From Azolla caroliniana (Eukaryota > Plantae > Polypodiophyta): a DNA stretch of 64,000 nt. The notes below the pieces were generated by a model. The model ran no database searches, was not told the origin of the DNA, and saw only the letters and a program-made list of their open reading frames with translations. Shown here one piece after another: positions 56,467 to 64,000 of the stretch. Where the stretch lies: positions 992,001-1,056,000 of the forward strand of contig JBHGNT010000015.1 in the NCBI GenBank assembly GCA_043228905.1, given 5' to 3'. Within the stretch, counting starts at the first letter, position 1; each line of letters begins with the position of its first letter. The position numbers and the translations under genes are program-made.

Positions 56467-59400
56467 AGGTTCTATTTGCACACGCAAACTCGGTCAAAAC
56501 ATATTATGGACCTAGTATTCATATGGTGACAATTTCCATGTTGAGAACCTTCAATCAATCAATCAGATATTTAAAGAAATCACCCTTGTCTAGAAAGCTA
56601 ACTTTACAAAACAATCTCATAAATACCCATGAACTTCTATTGATTTCACTCTACTCTAGAAAGACAATTCTAGCTTAACAGTCTCATCAAACCTTTTAAT
56701 GTTTGACAATTACAAGCTTATTTATATTTGTAAATCTTGTTTACTATAATTGGCAAAATTGGTGTAGTGGTCCTTGAATATACAATTAAGTCCTAGTAAT
56801 CAAAAGTATGAATTAATTGCTTTACATTTTTATCGCCAAGCCTAAAGAGCACCTAGTGAGATTCAGTTTTTTATTCCAATCCCATGCAACCTATGTCAAG
56901 AGGCAATCTATCATATTGAAATATCCTATCTACTTATATAATATATTGAGCGGATCATTTCGTATCTACAATTGTGCACATGTCATACAAAACATTTATT
57001 GGTTTACTCTAGATCTAAGTTGTGTAGACACAATAACCATGATCATCCCTTATACAAGTATTCTAAATTTCAATCTAATACAATAAAATATGTCGGGCAC
57101 ATGTATGAAATATCTAATACTTCCTCAACCTAAAATGAATGTCACATACCCTTGCATAATAAATGTCACGTAGCCTTCATTTTTGCATGCCCTAACTACA
57201 ATATTATATGTGTCATTTCTGATATAAAAGAAAATGATGCATGCATTTCCATTCTTTTGCAAAATCATGCGTGTTGTTTCCAATGTAGTATAACATGATG
57301 GACACATTTTCATTCTTTAAGCAACAGATAGTCAAGCCATTATTAGCCCATTTACTTGCCCTCATTTATGCACCAAGTTCAACTATTTGAACGAGTTCTT
57401 TTGAATGTTGTACTTTCTAGTTGCTTGGGTAATTAGAAATGGTATAAATGTTTACAATAATGGTGGCCACCTTCAACTGCATTGGTAATGTCCACTAGAT
57501 TTCCTCAAAATGATAGATTTTCGCAGGTATTGCATGCCAAGCATGCATTATGTGAACACCTTGTGACATAATCTTGCCAATAGAGATCCCAAATATGTAT
57601 TGGGAGTACCTTGTTAAAGACATGAGAATATTCTTATTATTAAAGTAAAATCTTTTGTCCGTGACTCAAAAGACCATACCATTTATTCAAATTCACATGT
57701 ACATAGTATACTTTTGTGACGAGCAAGTGATAGGTGGGCTTCTTAATTGGGAAGAAGAACATTTTCATATGGTGGGGGGAGTTTGTTTTTTGCTATCCAT
57801 GACCCTCCATGGCCCATCCAAGAGTGCCCATCACACATACGTCACATACCCATGACCATCTAAACCCTATTGTTTGTGTGCAACCATGAATTCATCATAT
57901 CGTACAATTTCTTGAGAGATTACTTACATATCAATGACATGCCTATGAACATCCATTGACACCCTCAAATCCATGTACATCTGTAAACTCTCCTAATCAT
58001 ATAGTTTTCATGAAGAGATCATGTACACATCCATGACATGCCAACAACCATGACATGCCCCCATAAATTCCTTGTGCAACTATGAATCCTTCTGATCATA
58101 CATCTTTTTAAGGGAGTTCCTTTACACATCCCTTGCATTACACTTTGTCTATTAATTAAATGTCCTTGCATAAAAGTTATCACTGGGAGTACTACATCAA
58201 TACAAAATCATCATTGCAATACCCTTAGCATAAACTTGTCATCATCGTAACATTAATATAAACTCATCATTGTGCGACTATTAACATTAATTACCAAATG
58301 AATGAACACGTATAACTCCTACAAAGCAAATTTGAATAGACTAATATCATTTGTTATTCTTTTCTCCAGTGTGTGAACCATGGTAACAATAATTGTTATC
58401 AATGACTTTGCAATATACTAGATGCTCCTTGATGATGATACTCAAATGAGGAGTGAGATGCTTGCCAGAGGTGTCCATGTTACTTTCAACATCAATACTA
58501 CCACTTTTGATGGTTGGAAGTTATGTGTCGTGCACAAGTAAACCCACTTTGAGCACTAGATAGGCTACATATGAGTGAAATGTTAGCCTAGTACGCGCTG
58601 AATCGAAAATTATATATATACAAGCAAAATAAATAATTTTAATATAAATAAAAGTCAATATTCGACAAATAAATACTAATAAAATAATCTATGCAAAGAT
58701 AAAAAAGTAAACAGAGATTATTGAAATATACAAAACTAAATATAATATTAATTATTTTTCTTTTTGGAAGGGGACTTGCATCACTAGCTGAACACGTTGA
58801 ATGCATCCTCTTCGAGTAATAATAAAAAAATTAATCTTTTGAGAGGAGCTTGCATGAGCCAACGATCAAATGCAATCCAACCCCTATATAAAAATTTTAG
58901 TTTGCTATCTTTTCCTACATTTTTGTTAAGGAGTGTATTCTTATTTCTACAAAATAACTTGTGTTGATGAAGCCAATACGTTTGAGGCTTATGTTCTCAA
59001 GCCCAATGAGGAAGTCTTATTGTGTGGGGTCATTCATATGCAAAAGCATTTTTATTGTCCCTTATACATTAAAATTGGGAAAAGGAATCAAATGGCTTTT
59101 AAATAGGTGCGGTGGAAAACTTGCGAACTAAATAGACAATTTCAAGTGCTACCTCCCCTCGATAATGTATGCATTAAAAGTGTTCATGAGTTTCAACATT
59201 TATTATTATAGTGATTGTTATGTATTACAATGAACCAAGTCCCCCAATTTGTGTACGTGTTGAAGTCTCCTCATCAAGACATGAAACATTATGCTATAGG
59301 CGACAAATTATGAAAACAATATTTTAAGAAAATATCTCGAAGGATAGCATCGTCATGTGGCCATTCAACAAGTTTGATGGAATATATGGTGTACATCTTG

Positions 59401-62343
59401 TTTTCGCATTACATCTTTAAACTATTTCATTAATTTCTCAATACAACCAACGTTTTGTCTTCTTGAGGTGTTGAAAAGCTTCTCTGGCACCAATTGTTTG
59501 TACAAATTAATACAATGACTAGAAGAAGATGTTCATGCACTCCAAGATGTCATGGATGTGTAAACGATACCACACTTAGTGATATGATTAGGAGTATGAC
59601 GCCAAGTTGCAGAATCGTTTTTGTCATATGTAGCCAAACATCATCAAGTTGTAAATGAGCTATTGCTTTAGTTAAACAAAATGTCCCACTTCATGAAAAT
59701 TTTAATTTCTTGATTAAAATTGTGGATTTTTAAATGGGCCTCATTTCCCAATGTAGACTTGGAAATTGTGTCAAGGCTAAGGCAAGAAACTCGATAACCA
59801 CATGCATTTATGCTCGCAATTTGTTTCCAACTCAAGCCATTGAAATATTAATAGAAGTTAACATTGATATATTAATAAGTGCATTGTTATATAGAAGTGT
59901 AAATTCCAATACATCTATGGATTAGTCATTGATTGCAAGGGAAAATGTCGGAGATTATTACCAAAAAACGAGAATGTCCATTACCATGATCCCTGCACGC
60001 AAAACTCCACTCTATATTTTTGGATATGGCACGCCAATGCTTTTTCCCATGTCTTCTTTCATATACCAAATGTTAATGGTTTATAAGCCATGAATAGACA
60101 TGATGCAACTCATATAATCATCCCTAGAGATTGTTTGGTAGTGGAAATATCAATCTATCAAACGATCTCGAGGTGTGAAGGATGATATTATGACCCTTGT
60201 CATTAGTTATAAACGGGATGCAAGGGACATGATTATTCCATTGCTACATCTCTTGATGCATGATTGTGAGCCACCTTGAATGTATGATCTCAAATCCATC
60301 AACTTTGATTTGTTGACCTTGATTGTGATTCAAAGTTGCTAGAATGCCTTTATGGGATGTAATTTTTATGCATAGGTATCCATTAGATACGTTTGATCCA
60401 TATGCTTGACAGATAGTGGGATGCTTCATCAATATTCTCGAGGTATAAAAGAGGGTTATAGGCACTTTGTATACTCTCGAGGTAGGCTGCAAATTTGTCT
60501 CCTTTTAATGGTTTGTTTATGCATCGATATTGCAATAAGGAAACAATATAGAAATTGTTGATTGTTTTCGTTTAAATTCTACCATTTCTTGGCATAGAGG
60601 ATGAAAACTTGAAATTCATTTGAATTTCGCACACACGGTCTTGATGCATCTCTTTCTCTTCTCCCTAGCTAAGCACCATGTCACTTATCATGGTTTTAAA
60701 GCAAAGACAACACTGTTGGAACTTGAAAAAATGAAACAATAAACATATCCACATCGAGAAGAGAACCCATATTAGGTATATTAAATAAACAAAATAATTA
60801 TTGCTTTCAACATAACCTTGATGAAATTAGTATGTATATTTGGCCTTTATTAATGACATGATCGAAAGCATGCCTATTCACCTCGTCCATTTTGTAAGCG
60901 TTGTTTCTGCATAATATATTTAATACAATAATGGTCTGGTAAACGTCGAGATGATGATCACAAAGCTTTCATCCTTTACACTCTATCACTCTACATGCAA
61001 ATTGTAGATTGGGTAATGGTAATGTGAGCTTCTAGTGTCTCTTTTACTTGATGTACACAATGATCTAGGTGCCATCACCAAAAGACGAAAGTATGGAGGG
61101 TAAATCCAAAATGAATCAACAACTTACATCAACTAATATTGTTGTCAATGGTAAATTTGAGCAAAAGTTGTGGAACAAAAGGTTGTAGAAGAACCAATGT
61201 TGCAAGGTAGAGCGAAGTTTGTGACATTTTTCTATTTAGTTCTCGAAAGAGATGCAAAAGGCTCTATACAATTAGGAAACATCCATGTTAAAATGGGTTG
61301 CAATAGAAACTTCCTAGTATTCATGTTCATTAAGAAGTTTGGCGTAATAGATACAAACAATGAAGGTATGTTGACTACAATCTAGTTTTAATTCAATTTT
61401 ATCTTTTTGTTGATCTCTTGATTTCTTGCGTTTCATTAATGTAGGATTTACCTAGCTTTTTACAATGAAGGCATGCTAACTAACCTAGAAATATGCAAGG
61501 TTGCTTGCCTACAATATTTCGTCTTATATTCCGTAGAAAACCCATACACCTAAATCCATATGAGGGGAGCAAATCTATTCCGAATATTAGGTGTTGCAAC
61601 CAAAACATAAGCTTTACGTAGAGGGGCGAGGAAAGGGATCCAAGTAGTCGACTTGAAAATGTATACTTAACCTTGCAATGTCTTGTGACATTAGCTGCAT
61701 GGAAAATGGTGTTGGAACTTTCTCAAGATCTCCACTTCTTAGAGATGGGCGAATGGAATGGAGGAACCCATTCACATCATGGCATACTCCATCTACAACG
61801 TACAAGTTGAGCACCATCTTGTGATTTTTAGATCGGGATGTTAGCATACCTTTAGATGAACTCATGTTGGGCATAACTTGCATTGATCATTAAAGCTTGG
61901 GACAAGTGAGCATATTAACCTCAATTATGGCCATGTTCACAACGAAAACTTGCATTGATAAGTAAAGATTAGGACAAGTGAGCATATTAACCTCAGTTAT
62001 GGCCACGTTCACAACGAAAACTACATACACTAATTTTGCTCCAGCCCCCGCAACGATCCATTCAGAACATCTGGATTCCATAGGACTCTTCATGATCAAG
62101 TTGGAATCGGGCGACAACGAACTTCATGGATAGATCCTGGACCTTGTGTGCAAATTTTTCTCTCTTTTGGGGGGAGGGGGGGGGGGTGTTCCCATTGCAG
62201 GAGGTTCAGGGAGTGAGTTGCAAGTTGTGGCAACATGTTCAGAGGAGTTAGTAGTAGTATAATATATGGAAGTGTAGTGCTTGAGATATGGTGGTGGTGA
62301 CAAGAGGAGGATTTTTAAAGCATACACATATCATTGTGAAGGG

Positions 62344-63031
62344 ATGTACGTATGTACGTATGTATGTATGTATGTATGCATGTATGTATGTATGTATGTA
62401 TGGTATGCATGTAAAAGGAGCATATATCATTTATTATCAGCATTATTATTATATGTTGTTATTATATATAGTGACGCGATTTTGAAAAGAAAAGAGAAGA
62501 GGAAAAGAAGAAGAAGAGAGGATTGGTTCAGAGCCAAAATTTATTGAAAAAGCGGAAAATGTTTTAAATGCCAAAAAGCCGGACAACAAACGACAGCCTG
62601 CAAAACCCATAAAAATACATAATAAAATAAATAAATAGATAAATAAATAGATAAATAAATAAATAAACAAATAATAAATAATTACCCCCCCCCCGCCCCC
62701 ACGCCCCCAAAGGAAGTATGTAGAAGAAGAAGAAGAAAAAAAAAACACGAAAAACAAATAATCAAAAAATAAATATAAATAAGAGCAAATAAAATTAAAC
62801 AGAACAAGTAAAATAAGTACTATGTTTCATAATATCAGTAAATAAATAAATAAATAAATAGGTAACTAAATAAATAAAATGTAACTAAATAAATAAATAA
62901 ATATATGGGTAAATAAATAAATAGATATGTACATAACTAAATACATAAATAACATGTAACTAAATAAATAAATAAATCTCTGGAAAAAAAATAGTAAATA
63001 AATAAATGGGTAAATAAGTAAATAAGAATAA

Positions 63032-63102
<71 letters not shown>

Positions 63103-63110
63103 ATATAATA
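62344..63110. repeat. (TATG)n and (TAAA)n simple-repeat tracts upstream of the NDR kinase gene
   Basis: (TATG)n at 62344-62410; (TAAA)n-rich at 62620-63110. Confidence 0.9.
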
Positions 63111-63530
63111 AACCGTTCTACGCAAAGCTTTCCCATTTTTTTAATAGCAAAATAAAAACCCAAATAAATCTATTTTTAATTGAAAAAAGAAAGAAAAGTA
63201 GCTGCTCCCATGAGTAGTGGTAAAAAGAAAAAAAAAGGGAGAAGGTCAATTTCTCTCTCTGTCTCTGTCTTTGTCTCTGTCTTTGTCCTGAGTAAACCCT
63301 AATTTGCCACTTCTCCCCAAACCCTAGAATTCTCCCTCTCCCTCTCCCTCTCCCTCTGCGCAGAACTTCTCCGCAGACACCTTTCTCCCACCCCTTCTGC
63401 TGATTCTTTTTGTTGTCGTTTTAAGGGGGACGCCACAGCTATGGCGCTCTGAGCTTTTCACCTTCGCCATGTACACATTCTCTCACAGGTCACAGAATAT
63501 TCTCTGTGTCGACTTATTGACTCGCTCGTC

Positions 63531-63754
63531 ATGACTGATTCGAAGAACTGGTATCAGAGAGTGAAGGATTATGTATGGAAGAACAAAGATGAGCTCCGTC
63601 ACTCGTCTGAGGCCCCTGGGGTTAGAGATGGAGGTAAAGCGTTTCCTGAAGAGATCCCTTCTAGTATTACTAGACAGAAAGTCGCTGCTGCAAAGCAGTA
63701 TATCGAGAATCATTACAAGTCTCAGATGAAAATCCTTCAAGAGAGGCGTGAGAG
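63531..63754 (+). CDS. NDR: NDR/LATS-family AGC Ser/Thr kinase, first coding exon (N-terminal MOB-binding region)
   Basis: SSITRQKVAAAKQYIENHYKSQMKILQERRER is the conserved plant NDR N-terminal motif; donor AG|GTAAAA at 63754/63755; CT-rich leader at 63250-63420. Confidence 0.88.
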
Positions 63755-64000
63755 GTAAAATTCTGCATACCTTTCTCCATTTTCATCTTTTTGGACCCAG
63801 GTCTCAGATGAATATCCTTCAGGAGAGACGTAAAAGGTAAAATTGTTTGTCCATTTTCTGACTTTGAATCATTACATGTAGAATTAGTATAGGTCTCAGA
63901 ATTCAAGAGATGTATGCAAGGTAAATTTTTTCATGCATTTTCTCCATTCTCAGCATTTGGTCATCATTACATTGAGATTCATTCAATGAAAATCTATCAG

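Noticed and set aside
59000-60700. Possible decayed Ulp1-like protease or DNA-transposon coding remnant (minus strand, ..SINACGYRV..)
   Set aside because: Too degraded to support by eye; needs a tBLASTn/HMM search.

Overview
Plant nuclear DNA, most likely from a large fern genome; this is inferred from the fern-style PLS-PPR fragment and Tcn1-like chromoviruses, not proven. Only two host genes are recognisable: an intronless DUF1191-family membrane protein (2408-3757, -) and the first coding exon of an NDR-family AGC kinase (63531-63754, +). The rest is nested mobile DNA, much of it resolvable by target-site duplications (TSDs): three hAT-type MITEs, three L1 LINE copies, three chromovirus Ty3 elements, Copia and Ty3 remnants, and two very young head-to-head copies of a fungal/Ylt1-like Ty3 element. 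The young copies have 718-bp LTRs, 4-bp TSDs, a tRNA-Trp PBS and a GGAUUUU -1 frameshift, and one is apparently intact. Most notable: (1) an endonuclease-less Penelope-like RT element with a minimal hammerhead ribozyme in its 3' UTR; (2) tRNA-like Pol III A/B-box hairpins at the LTR edge of two chromovirus families, one with a self-priming PBS; (3) a TSD-flanked, apparently retroposed PPR fragment absent from the ORF track; (4) tandemly duplicated splice-competent micro-exons in the NDR kinase; (5) an assembly artefact, a false 1.66-kb duplication across an N-gap containing a SMART/PacBio adapter. All calls were made by eye, with no database searches.
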